64,000 nt of DNA from a bacterium (GCA_015485355.1 WFTQ01000109.1:1088-65087), one strand, 5' to 3'; positions 39,975 through 49,832 are shown, counted from the stretch's first letter. Notes: generated from the sequence alone by a model not told the origin. Program-made: numbers and translations.

Positions 39975-40175
39975 GGTTGGGGTTCTCCTTTGCTTTGATT
40001 TTGTATGGTTTCATTGATTGCCATTGGTTGCCTTTTGGCCCGTAACCGCCCTACCCGAGCGCAGAGTCAACCGCCTATCAATCCGTTGCAGTCACCGGTC
40101 CAATTTCTAAAACAGTGGCCGGGTTTCAAAATCTTTTTTTCGATCGCTTCCCCGGATCATCCGGCGGAAGGGAGC

Positions 40176-40207
40176 GGCGTCTTTCCCGCTGCAACCGGAA
40201 AGACGCC
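40176..40207. terminator. 11-bp hairpin downstream of the PII gene
   Basis: GGCGTCTTTCC-N10-GGAAAGACGCC. Confidence 0.45.
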
Positions 40208-40221
40208 CCAGGAGTTTCAGA

Positions 40222-40557
40222 TCATACCGCGGTTTCGCCCCGTTCGCCGGTACTGATGCGAACCGCTTGTTCGGCATCGCAGACGTAAATTTTACCGTCG
40301 CCCTTTAAACCGGTATGCGCCTCTCGCTCGATGGTGGCGACCAGCTCGTCCACCATCTCGTCCCGACAGAAAATCTCGATTTTGATGTGGGGAACAAAAT
40401 CGTATAACTGATCCTCCAGGGAGGGTTTTTCCACCGCGCACCGACCAAAACCTTTGACTTCTAAGACCGTCATTCCCGGCAGGTCTTCGATTTTCTGCAA
40501 CGCCAGGGTCACGGTGCTGAGTTTATGGGGCTTGATATAAGCGATAATATGTTTCAT
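40222..40557 (-). CDS. PII family protein associated with heavy-metal RND efflux
   Basis: MKHIIAYIKPHKL, GMTVLEVKGFG, KIEI, AHTGLKGDGKIYV and VRISTGERGE. Confidence 0.92.
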   Translation of the reverse strand: MKHIIAYIKPHKLSTVTLALQKIEDLPGMTVLEVKGFGRCAVEKPSLEDQLYDFVPHIKIEIFCRDEMVDELVATIEREAHTGLKGDGKIYVCDAEQAVRISTGERGETAV

Positions 40558-40598
40558 GATGGTCTCCTTTTCGTTTCTTGCCAAACGCCGGGCACTTC

Positions 40599-43500
40599 TT
40601 AATCCAGTTGACGTTCGCTTTCGATGTTGATGGCGAACCATTTATAAATGGCCGGAATGACCAGCAGCGTTAAAAGGGTGGAAGTGATTAATCCCCCGAT
40701 CACCACGGTGGCAAGGGGTCGCTGCACTTCGCTGCCCACGCCGGTGGACAACAGCAGGGGAATGAGGCCCAGTGCCGTGGTTATGGCCGTCATCAGCACC
40801 GGACGCAGACGCAGCATGGCGCCCTGTACGGAGGCTTCGTCCATGGGAATACCGTCTTTTAAGAGTTGGTTGAGATAAGTGACCAATACCATGCCGTTTT
40901 CCAGCGCGATTCCGAATAGGGCGATGAATCCCACCGAAGACGGGACGGAGAGGTTTTGACCGGAGATCCACAGGGCCACTACGCCTCCCACAAGCGCCAG
41001 AGGGATGTTCAACAGGATCAGAAAGGAGTTTTTCAGCGAGTTGAAACTGGAAAAGAGCAACAGAAACACGATAAGCAGGGTAATGGGAATGACGACCATC
41101 AGGCGCTTGTTTGCTTCCTGCTGCAGTCGGAATTGCCCGCCCCAGGTAACCAGATATCCCGGCGGGAGCTTCACTTTTTCGGCAATGGCTCGTTGCCCTT
41201 CTTCTACAAACGATCCGATATCGCGACCCACCACATTGCACTGGATGGTGATGAAGCGCTGGCTGTTTTCCCGGGTGATCTGGCGGGGTCCGATGATTTC
41301 TTCGATAGTGGCCAGTTGAGAGAGGGGGACATGAATACCATTGGGTGCCTCGATGAGGATTTCGCCGATGGCTTTGGGGGTGCTGCGAAATTCCGGGGCG
41401 AAACGGACCAGGATATCGAAACGGCGCACGCCTTCGAATATTTGACCGGCCGTTTCGCCCCCCACGGCCGCCCGAATCACCTGCTGTACGTCTTCCACGT
41501 TGATGCCATAGCGGGCGATGGCGTGCCGGTCGACCTTGATGAGCAGCTGAGGGGTGCCGGTGATTTGATCGGCCTGCACGTCCGCCGCTCCGGGAACCTG
41601 CTGAATCACTTTCACGATCTCATCGGCCTTTTCTTTGAGTATCTCCAGGTCGTCGCCGAACAGCTTGATGGCCAGCTCTGCCCGGACGCCTTCCAGCAGT
41701 TCATCCACGGTCATCTGAATGGGTTGGGTGAAGTTGGCCAGCACTCCGGGAATGGCGCCCACTTCTTTCCGGATTACGTTTTCCAGCTCCTGCTGGGTCC
41801 TGGCGGTACGCCACTCTTCCCGGGGCCTCAGCAGGATATACATTTCCGCGCTGTTAATGGGATCGGTGTGAGCGCCGACCTCGCCCCGCCCGATTCGCGT
41901 GACTACCCCGGTCACCTCCGGTATTTTCATTACCCGCCGCTCGACAATCTGGGTGATGCGGGTGCTTTCTTTCAAAGAAATGGAAGGAGCCATGGTTAAG
42001 CGAAGCACGATGGTACCCTCTTGCAGAGTGGGGGTGAATTCGGATCCCAGCCGGGGAAAGATGATAAGCCCGATGAGCATTAAAACCACGGCCAGTGCCA
42101 CCGCCAGCATGCGCCGTTTGATGAAAAAAGTGATGATGGGCCGGTACCGGGATTGCAGTTTGCGCACCAGCCAGATTTCCCGGGGGGTATTTTGAACGCT
42201 GTTTTCCCGAGGGCGACGCATGAACAAGCTGGATAGCACGGGTGCCAGGAACATGGCGAAGATCAACGAGCCCAGCATGGCCAAGGCCACGGTATAGGCC
42301 AGAGGACGAAACGTTTTGCCCTCCACCCCATGCAGGGTAAACAGCGGCAAAAATACCACGATAATGATGGAAATGGCGAACAGAATGGGACGCGCAACTT
42401 CCCGACAGGCCCGCGATACCACATGGATGAGGGGTTCTTCCCGGCTGGACTGCCGCAACATGCGATCCACATTTTCCACCATCACAATGGTCCCGTCTAC
42501 CATCATTCCGATGGCGATGGCCAGCCCCCCGAACGACATCAGATTAATGGAGATGCCAAAATATCTCATCCCCACGATGGCAAAGAGAATGGAAAAAGGA
42601 ATGGAGATGGCCACAACCAGACTGGGGCGGAACGATCCCATGAAAATCATCAGGATGAAAACCACCAGTAAAATGCCCTGCAACAGGGCGCTGGTTACCG
42701 TATTAACGGCGGCTTCCACCAGGGTCTTTTGTTGGTAATACGGGACGATACGCACGCCGGGAGGCAGAATCTTGTTGATTTCTCTCAACTTCTCTTCCAC
42801 CCGCCCGATTACCGTGGAGGAATTGGTACCGTAGAGCTTGATGACCATCCCGGCTACCACTTCTTCCACTCCGTTTCGGGTTTGCACACCCCGACGAATG
42901 GCGCCGCCAATCTTAATATCGGCCAGTTGTTTCAAATAGATGGGAGTCCCGTCGTCGGATTTGATGACAATGTTTTCCAGATCCTCGATGTTGAAGGCCA
43001 ATCCCACAGAACGAACAATAAATTCCTCCGAGTTTTTTTCGATAAACTGGGCCCCCACATTCAGATTATTGGCCTTGATTTTTTCAATGACTTCATTGAC
43101 CGTTACATCGTAGCGGAGCAGAGCGTTTTGATCCAGGATCACGTGATACTGTTTTTCCCATCCGCCGATGCCCAGGACTTCGGTGACGCCGGGTACCGTT
43201 TGGAGCTGATATTTGATCAGCCAATCCTGGATGGTCCGGAGTTCGGTCAGGGAATATTGGCCGGTGGTGTCTTCCAGGTAATAAAACAGAACCAGACCCA
43301 TACCGGTGGAAATGGGCCCCATTTGGGGATCACCAAAACCTTCGGGGATTTGTTCCCGGGCCTCCTGCAAGCGTTCGTTGACCAGCTGACGCGCGAAGTA
43401 GATGTCTGTACCATCCTTGAAATAGACATTGACCACAGAGAGACCAAAGTTAGACACCGAGCGAATCCGCTCCAGGTTCGGCAACCCGTTCATGGCGACT

Positions 43501-43706
43501 TCCACCGGAAAGGTCACATATTTTTCAATTTCCTCCGGGGCCAGTCCCTCGGTGACGGTAAACACCTGAACCAGCGATGGGGATACATCGGGAAACGCAT
43601 CGATGGGGAGTTGTTTATAGCTGTAAAAGCCGCCCGCCAGGATCAATACGCCGAGCACGATCATTAACAGACGGTTTTTAAGTACAAAGTTTATAATGCC
43701 TTTCAT
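40599..43706 (-). CDS. czcA: CusA/CzcA family heavy-metal RND permease
   Basis: 1035 aa with IDAFPDV, GMMVDGTIVMVEN, FRPLAYT, RLRPVLMT and QRPLATVVIGG. Confidence 0.93.
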   Translation of the reverse strand: MKGIINFVLKNRLLMIVLGVLILAGGFYSYKQLPIDAFPDVSPSLVQVFTVTEGLAPEEIEKYVTFPVEVAMNGLPNLERIRSVSNFGLSVVNVYFKDGTDIYFARQLVNERLQEAREQIPEGFGDPQMGPISTGMGLVLFYYLEDTTGQYSLTELRTIQDWLIKYQLQTVPGVTEVLGIGGWEKQYHVILDQNALLRYDVTVNEVIEKIKANNLNVGAQFIEKNSEEFIVRSVGLAFNIEDLENIVIKSDDGTPIYLKQLADIKIGGAIRRGVQTRNGVEEVVAGMVIKLYGTNSSTVIGRVEEKLREINKILPPGVRIVPYYQQKTLVEAAVNTVTSALLQGILLVVFILMIFMGSFRPSLVVAISIPFSILFAIVGMRYFGISINLMSFGGLAIAIGMMVDGTIVMVENVDRMLRQSSREEPLIHVVSRACREVARPILFAISIIIVVFLPLFTLHGVEGKTFRPLAYTVALAMLGSLIFAMFLAPVLSSLFMRRPRENSVQNTPREIWLVRKLQSRYRPIITFFIKRRMLAVALAVVLMLIGLIIFPRLGSEFTPTLQEGTIVLRLTMAPSISLKESTRITQIVERRVMKIPEVTGVVTRIGRGEVGAHTDPINSAEMYILLRPREEWRTARTQQELENVIRKEVGAIPGVLANFTQPIQMTVDELLEGVRAELAIKLFGDDLEILKEKADEIVKVIQQVPGAADVQADQITGTPQLLIKVDRHAIARYGINVEDVQQVIRAAVGGETAGQIFEGVRRFDILVRFAPEFRSTPKAIGEILIEAPNGIHVPLSQLATIEEIIGPRQITRENSQRFITIQCNVVGRDIGSFVEEGQRAIAEKVKLPPGYLVTWGGQFRLQQEANKRLMVVIPITLLIVFLLLFSSFNSLKNSFLILLNIPLALVGGVVALWISGQNLSVPSSVGFIALFGIALENGMVLVTYLNQLLKDGIPMDEASVQGAMLRLRPVLMTAITTALGLIPLLLSTGVGSEVQRPLATVVIGGLITSTLLTLLVIPAIYKWFAINIESERQLD

Positions 43707-44134
43707 TGTCTATCCTCGTTTTTTGATCCAACTGCCGGGTGAAGTTTGTTCCATCTTTTGCCTCTGGAGATGGAGGAATTATCGTTTCGGGGAATCGTCG
43801 GGTGCCGCAGCCGTCCGCGCCTGGCCCGTTGGTGCTGTCGCTTTGTCCCGCAGCCCTCCATTTCCGGAATTGGGAAGCCCGGTGCGGGATCGAGCCGCAC
43901 GGATGGCCGGTTACGGGAATGTGGCCCGATGTCTGGAATTGTCCGATCACACGGTCGCCTGCTCCCCCTAGCGGCCATAGGGCCGGCGCATCCTTCCAGG
44001 TCCTCCGCCGCCTGGGATTGGCGGTTTTCGGACGTTCCTCCCCTGCTTTCATACGCAGCCACAGAACCATAAACGCCATCTCCCCTTCAAAGGCAAAAGG
44101 TCGGTACAATGTCGGGAATTCCTCCATCCCATGA

Positions 44135-45109
44135 TTAATGCCCGTGTCCACCGCCGAAGGCCTCTTTCATGAGCTCTGCCTTCAGGGTAAAACCCCCTTT
44201 CTTCACATATTCTTCTCCGGGCTCCAGTCCCGCCACAATTTCCACATTGGAATCGTTTTCCCGTCCTAAGATGACGGGACGGGGTACAAAGCCCTCCGGG
44301 GTTTTGACGAATACCACGGTCTGATTTTCAAAGGTTTCGATGGCCGTTTTGGGTACCACCACCGAGGCATTGAGCCGGTCGGTAATGACTTTTGCGGTAA
44401 TAAACATGCCCGGGAGCCATTGGTAATCGGGATTGGGCAGAACCACCCGGGCGATGGCGGTCCGAGTCGCCTCCTCCACAACCGGACTGATGTACGAAAT
44501 GGTGCCCACCGCGGTGACCGGGGCCGGACTGGCCGATATGATGGCCTTTTGGCCCACCCTAATGCGAGGCAGATCTTTTTGATAAATGGTTAAATCGGCC
44601 CATACGTAACTGAGATCGGCCACCACAAAGGCGTGGGTGTTGTCGGTCACCACTTCGCCTCGGGTCAAATGCATCTCGATGACCACGCCGTCGATCAGGG
44701 ATTTTACTTCGTAGGGAGACAGACTCTCGTTACTCTCGATGACTGCCAGCACCTCGCCTTTTTGCACCTCATCGCCGATTTTTTTGCGGACTTCTTTAAC
44801 GATTCCCGGAAAGCGCGGGATGATGTGGGCTAACCGATCGGGATCGATCTTGATTTCTCCGGTCAGATCCAGATGGATTTCGATCTTACCCGGACCGGCT
44901 TTTCCCAGCTCAATACCAAATTCTTGCAACACTTCCGGAGACAGGGATACCGCCTCCACATGCTCTTCGGCGGCTTCTTCCACATGGGCTTCTTCGGCCT
45001 TGGCCTGTGTGGCCAGTTCGGCCTTTTGTTCGCCGCAGCCTGACAGGATCATAGACACCAGGCTGATTCCCAGTAGGATAGCCAGAAGTTTTACACGATT
45101 GCGTACCAT
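44135..45109 (-). CDS. czcB: CzcB/CusB-like periplasmic adaptor (lipoprotein)
   Basis: Lipobox LSGC, EEAHVEEAAEEH, biotinyl-lipoyl-like domain, WLPGMFITA and a C-terminal GHGH. Confidence 0.9.
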   Translation of the reverse strand: MVRNRVKLLAILLGISLVSMILSGCGEQKAELATQAKAEEAHVEEAAEEHVEAVSLSPEVLQEFGIELGKAGPGKIEIHLDLTGEIKIDPDRLAHIIPRFPGIVKEVRKKIGDEVQKGEVLAVIESNESLSPYEVKSLIDGVVIEMHLTRGEVVTDNTHAFVVADLSYVWADLTIYQKDLPRIRVGQKAIISASPAPVTAVGTISYISPVVEEATRTAIARVVLPNPDYQWLPGMFITAKVITDRLNASVVVPKTAIETFENQTVVFVKTPEGFVPRPVILGRENDSNVEIVAGLEPGEEYVKKGGFTLKAELMKEAFGGGHGH

Positions 45110-45137
45110 TGTTCTATTCCCTCGTTTTAATTTTTTT

Positions 45138-46505
45138 TCACTCCCTGATAACATCCGATAACGGTTGATTAATCAGCGTTTCGACTTCCGCCACCGAGGC
45201 GTGATATTGTTGCAGGGCATTCAGATAACGCGCCCGTACCTCGAACAGCGTGCGTTGGGCGTCTAACACATCCAGAAAATCAAATTTCCCCATCAGGTAA
45301 CCCTCCTGAATGGTATCGAAAGCCCGTTGTGCCTGGGGCAAGATGTTGTTTTTAAGGATGAGAACATTGCTGTGGGCGATTTTCAAACGCGCATAACTAT
45401 CGGATAATTGGGTTTTTAATTGAATTTCCACAGCCTGTTTTTGCTGCCGGGCCTGTAACACCTGGTAGCGGGCCGCCTGGATCATCCCCTGATTGCGGTT
45501 GAAAATGGTGAGAGGAACCGACAGTCCCATGACGAATGCACGGGTATTCAGGTCGTTTAACTGGCGGACGCCGGCACTCACGATGCCGTCGGGGATTCGG
45601 TTGGCTCGTTCCAGTTCCAGAACCGCCTGCCGTTGTTGGATGGCCAGGGCCTGACGCACCAACAAAGGATTTTGGAGAATGAGTTTTTCCAAGGTTTCCT
45701 GGGGAGGGATCGTCTGGGTAATGGTATCCAGTTTCCCGACCACGCGTTCGAATACCGCGGTGGAACTTCCCCAGGTGGATGCCAGTTGCTTTTTTGCCGC
45801 ATCCAGTTCGATGCGGGCCTGATTCAGGTCTAACTCCGTATTGGACAGCGCCACCCGGGCCCGGGCGGCCTCCGCGGGAGAAATTTTGCCCGCCCGTACC
45901 CGACGGTCAATCGATTCGACAAACGTCCGGGCGATCCGAACCAGCTCCTCATTCAAGGCCACTTTTTCCTGGGCCGCTAAAACCGCCACATAAGCCTGCA
46001 CCACATCCCGAAAAATCAACGTACGGATCACTTCATATTCCTGGGCCGCCAGATCGGCTTCCAGTAACGCCGCCCGAGTCCGTTTGGCCCGCTTCCCGGC
46101 GGTTAAAAAGAGTTGCCGGATCTGTACAGTGATCTCGCTGGCTTCAAACCCTTGGACTTCCTTGCCGCCTGCGAAGTTCTCCACCTCCATATCCAGTTCC
46201 GGATTGGGCAGCAAGGAAGCTTGTAACGCCAGCGCCTCGCGACTGCGAATTTCGTACGAAAAAGCCTGCAATTCGGGGTTATACAACAGCGCCAGGGAAA
46301 GCGCCCGGGATAAAGTTAAAACTCCCCGGGGCTCTTCCAGTAAAATACGCTCCTCCATCGGCTTTGGTAGCGCCTCTTGAATATCCGGTGCATACTCCTG
46401 TATCAAAGGGCTGGGTTCCACCGGGCGCACCACCGTCTGATATCGGGCACAGCCGAGCAAAACCGTACTGACCGCAAACAGCAGCAAAATGTTCAAATTC
46501 CGCAT
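45138..46505 (-). CDS. czcC: CzcC/TolC family outer-membrane factor
   Basis: Lipobox LLGC, ALLYNPEL, SLLPNPEL and GKFDFLDVLDAQRTL. Confidence 0.9.
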   Translation of the reverse strand: MRNLNILLLFAVSTVLLGCARYQTVVRPVEPSPLIQEYAPDIQEALPKPMEERILLEEPRGVLTLSRALSLALLYNPELQAFSYEIRSREALALQASLLPNPELDMEVENFAGGKEVQGFEASEITVQIRQLFLTAGKRAKRTRAALLEADLAAQEYEVIRTLIFRDVVQAYVAVLAAQEKVALNEELVRIARTFVESIDRRVRAGKISPAEAARARVALSNTELDLNQARIELDAAKKQLASTWGSSTAVFERVVGKLDTITQTIPPQETLEKLILQNPLLVRQALAIQQRQAVLELERANRIPDGIVSAGVRQLNDLNTRAFVMGLSVPLTIFNRNQGMIQAARYQVLQARQQKQAVEIQLKTQLSDSYARLKIAHSNVLILKNNILPQAQRAFDTIQEGYLMGKFDFLDVLDAQRTLFEVRARYLNALQQYHASVAEVETLINQPLSDVIRE

Positions 46506-46629
46506 CTGATTCCTCCATATCTATTTTTTCCCTTCGCCGGCGTACAGCGAAATATAGGGCCACCGGATCAACATCCGGTTCGTTACTCAATTATTCCGTG
46601 AATGGGATGGTGAGAATGCCGTATGAAAG

Positions 46630-47088
46630 TCAAATCAGCAAAACGGTGGTCTCAACCGTCTGGATAATCGGGTCGGATATATGATGATCACTTTTCCGGC
46701 AACAAATGTTTACGGGGTACCTCTGAAGCTGAACATTTAAGCCACCGAAAGAACCTTTATCCACTTTCCAAACGTGCTTAGTTTGAGAGACAAGGAACTG
46801 AGAGGTATTCCCCCGGTAGAGAGGAATATCCAGGCAATCGGCAGCCAGGGTGGTATGTTTTTCTGGTCCATGTAAAATGGTTTTGTGGGAAATTTCCTGG
46901 ATCAATTCGCAGTGGAACCAGGATTCCTGAGACTCCAGAGCCAGATGGCCATCGGTTCCCATACAAATCACTAAGTCGGGAAGAGAGACCTGGGCCGATA
47001 ACGTGTACAGGGTGAAAATCCAACCCAGAAGAAATGTTCCTAAGATCCGCCCGATGTTTTTTCCGTTCCGTTTCATGGCTCGATTCAT
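46630..47088 (-). CDS. Exported/membrane hypothetical protein upstream of czcC with a CxGxDGH motif
   Basis: Signal-like N-terminus, LVICMGTDGHLALE and DCLDIP. Overlaps the ArsR stop by 4 nt. Confidence 0.7.
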   Translation of the reverse strand: MNRAMKRNGKNIGRILGTFLLGWIFTLYTLSAQVSLPDLVICMGTDGHLALESQESWFHCELIQEISHKTILHGPEKHTTLAADCLDIPLYRGNTSQFLVSQTKHVWKVDKGSFGGLNVQLQRYPVNICCRKSDHHISDPIIQTVETTVLLI

Positions 47089-47450
47089 GCCCGTTCGTTT
47101 ACATGTTCTTGGGCCTGATGGATCAGAACCTCAATATGGTCATCGTCCAGGGAATAATAGGCCATTTTCCCTTCGCGACGGTATTTCACCAATTTCAGAT
47201 TTCGCAACAGGCGCAACTGGTGCGATACCGCCGAGACGGATAAGTTAATCAATGCGGCCAGATCACACACACACATTTCTTCGATGGCCAGTGCCATTAA
47301 TATCTGAATGCGGGTAGGATCGGACAGTGCCTTGAAAGTGTCGGCCAGTGCCTGGATTTTTTCTCCGTCGGGTAATTGTTGTTGCACGGTTTTGACCTTT
47401 TCCAGATTGACAATCGTTATGCTGCAATAGTCTTTTGTTTCGACACCCAT
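47085..47450 (-). CDS. ArsR/SmtB family metal-responsive repressor
   Basis: FKALSDPTRIQIL, MCVCDLA, SAVSHQLRLLR and alpha5 site D-x-H-x10-H-x2-E. RBS GGAG before the ATG at 47450 (alternative ATG at 47465). Confidence 0.93.
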   Translation of the reverse strand: MGVETKDYCSITIVNLEKVKTVQQQLPDGEKIQALADTFKALSDPTRIQILMALAIEEMCVCDLAALINLSVSAVSHQLRLLRNLKLVKYRREGKMAYYSLDDDHIEVLIHQAQEHVNERA

Positions 47451-47462
47451 TTGACGCTCCAA

Positions 47463-47484
47463 CATTTGAGCAAATGCTCAAATG
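47463..47484. promoter_or_regulatory. ArsR/SmtB-type operator (perfect 10-2-10 inverted repeat)
   Basis: CATTTGAGCA-AA-TGCTCAAATG immediately upstream of the repressor RBS. Confidence 0.8.
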
Positions 47485-47666
47485 AATATATCGACATTTT
47501 TCTCCGTCCGCAATAGGAAAATAATTTTTCCAGTGGCTGCCCGGTACCTTTGCCTTACTGACGAGCGGGGATCGGTTTCCTTGCTCAAACCCGTTTCGCA
47601 GCCGAATTGCCGCCTGTTCCGGTGGGCATTGGGGGTAAGGATGGAGAATAGAAAAATTTTTTGAAA

Positions 47667-47686
47667 CCCTGTAGTATGGTACAGAG
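47667..47686 (+). promoter_or_regulatory. MerR-type operator upstream of merT
   Basis: CCCTGTAGTATGGTACAGAG resembles Gram-positive mer operators (TGTAC-tatg-GTACA core). Confidence 0.65.
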
Positions 47687-47737
47687 CATTTCATTCATAC
47701 AGGATGGTTATAACGGTTAAAGTAAGGAGGGTAAAGC

Positions 47738-48367
47738 ATGTTTCATTCCGTTTCGTCTGGAACCCCTCGCTGGGGACTGATTGGGGCGATAGGGTCGGCG
47801 TTGATTGCCTCCCTCTGTTGTTTGGGGCCGTTGGTTCTACTGGTTCTGGGTGTTGGGGGGGCCTGGGCCGCTCAGCTGACTTCACTGGAACCCTACCGCC
47901 CCATTTTTGTAGGGATCACCCTGCTTTTTATGGGATACGCGTTCTATCGGGTCTATCGCAAAAATCCCGCCCGGGATTGTGAACCGGGTCGTGCCTGTGC
48001 TCATCCCCAAACGGAGCGGCGCAATAAGATTGTGCTCTGGACGGTAGCCCTGATCATACTGGCATTGTTGGTTTCTCCGTATATCATTGCGGGGTTTCAT
48101 TCCTCGACGACAATGCCGGGGACGACGGGTCAGACGGTTGTTCTGGAATTGCAGAACATGACCTGTGTATCCTGCGTGGTAGCGGTGGAAAAAGGTTTAT
48201 TGAATCAGGAGGGGGTTTACCGGGTGGAGGCCACTCTGGAACCGCCCCGGGCCACCGTTGTTTTCGATCCAGGCAAAACCACCGTTACGGCGCTTCTTCG
48301 AGCGACGACCGATATTGGGTACCCTTCCCGGGTGCTGATCGAACCATCCAAGCAGAAGGAGAACTGA
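47738..48367 (+). CDS. merT: MerT mercury transporter fused to a MerP-like HMA domain
   Basis: TM1 ASLCCLGPL, LEPYRP, loop CEPGRAC and C-terminal MTCVSC. Confidence 0.88.
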   Translation: MFHSVSSGTPRWGLIGAIGSALIASLCCLGPLVLLVLGVGGAWAAQLTSLEPYRPIFVGITLLFMGYAFYRVYRKNPARDCEPGRACAHPQTERRNKIVLWTVALIILALLVSPYIIAGFHSSTTMPGTTGQTVVLELQNMTCVSCVVAVEKGLLNQEGVYRVEATLEPPRATVVFDPGKTTVTALLRATTDIGYPSRVLIEPSKQKEN

Positions 48368-48368
48368 G

Positions 48369-49784
48369 ATGCATTGTTGTTCAACCAAACCTCATTTTAT
48401 CATTGTGGGCGGTGGGTCGGCGGCGTTTAGTGCCGCGATTCAGGCCGTGGAGCTGGGTGTCCGGGTAACCGTGATCAATGAGGGACTGCCTGTGGGGGGC
48501 ACCTGTGTCAATGTTGGGTGTGTACCTTCGAAAAATTTGATCCGCGCCGCGGAAGCCTATCATCGGGCGCGCAAGGTGCCTTTCCCCGGAATTCAAGCAG
48601 AGGCGCGTTTACAGAATTTTTCGGAAATCATTCGTCAAAAAGAGGAATTGATCGCCCATTTGCGGCAGGTGAAATATGTGGATATTTTGAAGGATTCCCC
48701 CGATTTTCACCTTATAAACGGGCGTGCCCGGCTTGGTGATTCTCATACGGTGGAAGTCGATGGAAAAATCCTTCAAGGCGATTGGATTCTTCTGGCCACC
48801 GGGGCCCGACCCGCCATCCCCGAAATACCTGGTCTCCGGCAGGTTCCCTTTTTAACCAACGAAACGGCATATCAATTAAGCGAATTGCCGGAATCGTTGA
48901 TCATCCTGGGAGCCAATTCCATCGGCCTGGAAAACGCCCAGTTGTTTGCCCGGTTGGGGAGTCGAGTGACGGTGCTGGAATTATTGCCCCGTATTTTACC
49001 CGGAGAACAACCGGAGGTGTCTTTGGCATTGCTGGACCATCTCGAGAAGGAAGGCATCAAGATTTTTACCCGCGCCCGGACGCAGCGGGTGGTGGTAAGG
49101 GATAATGCGGTGGTGTTGGAAGTGGAGATGGAAGGCGGTATGCGGACTTTCGTGGCGGAAAAACTGTTTGTGGCCGCGGGTCGCACTCCGAACACGGAAA
49201 ATCTGGGACTGGAGAAGGTAGGGGTGACCGTGAATAAGAAAGGCTTTATTCAGGTCGATGATTATTTACAGACCCATGTATCGGGAATTTTTGCGGCGGG
49301 CGATGTTATCGGCGAACCCATGTTCGTGTATACGGCGGCCTACGAGGGCAAGCTGGCCGCGATCAATGCCATTGGGAAAGAAAGGGTAAAACGAAATTAC
49401 TTTCCTCTTCCCTGGGTGATTTTTACCGATCCTCAGGTGGCCGGCGTGGGGTGGAACGCAGTCCAGGCCAAAGAGAATGGATGGGACCCGGAGACCGTCA
49501 CGTTACCGTTAAGCGAGGTACCGAGGGCAATTGCCGCCCGAGATACCCGGGGGTTCATCCAATTGATTCGGGACGGTAAAACCGATCGGCTGTTGGGTGC
49601 GCGGGTCGTTGCTCCGGAAGGAGCCGAATTGATCATGACGCTTTCTGTCGCCATCAAGAGCGAATGGCAAGCAAGTCAATTGTCTGACATGTTGTTCCCG
49701 TATTTGACCCTTTCGGAAGGGATCAAACTGGCGGCCCTGGCCTTTCGGAAAGATGTTCGTAAACTGAGCTGTTGCGCGGGTTGA
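48369..49784 (+). CDS. merA: Mercuric reductase without an NmerA domain
   Basis: GGTCVNVGCVPSK, FVYTAAYEG, PYLTLSEGIKLAA and C-terminal LSCCAG. Confidence 0.94.
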   Translation: MHCCSTKPHFIIVGGGSAAFSAAIQAVELGVRVTVINEGLPVGGTCVNVGCVPSKNLIRAAEAYHRARKVPFPGIQAEARLQNFSEIIRQKEELIAHLRQVKYVDILKDSPDFHLINGRARLGDSHTVEVDGKILQGDWILLATGARPAIPEIPGLRQVPFLTNETAYQLSELPESLIILGANSIGLENAQLFARLGSRVTVLELLPRILPGEQPEVSLALLDHLEKEGIKIFTRARTQRVVVRDNAVVLEVEMEGGMRTFVAEKLFVAAGRTPNTENLGLEKVGVTVNKKGFIQVDDYLQTHVSGIFAAGDVIGEPMFVYTAAYEGKLAAINAIGKERVKRNYFPLPWVIFTDPQVAGVGWNAVQAKENGWDPETVTLPLSEVPRAIAARDTRGFIQLIRDGKTDRLLGARVVAPEGAELIMTLSVAIKSEWQASQLSDMLFPYLTLSEGIKLAALAFRKDVRKLSCCAG

Positions 49785-49832
49785 CCGTTGCGGAATTGGC
49801 AGATCAGACAACCGTAATGAAAAGCGTTTTTA

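Noticed and set aside
40956-43667. 347-aa and 312-aa plus-strand ORFs
   Set aside because: Antisense shadows of czcA.
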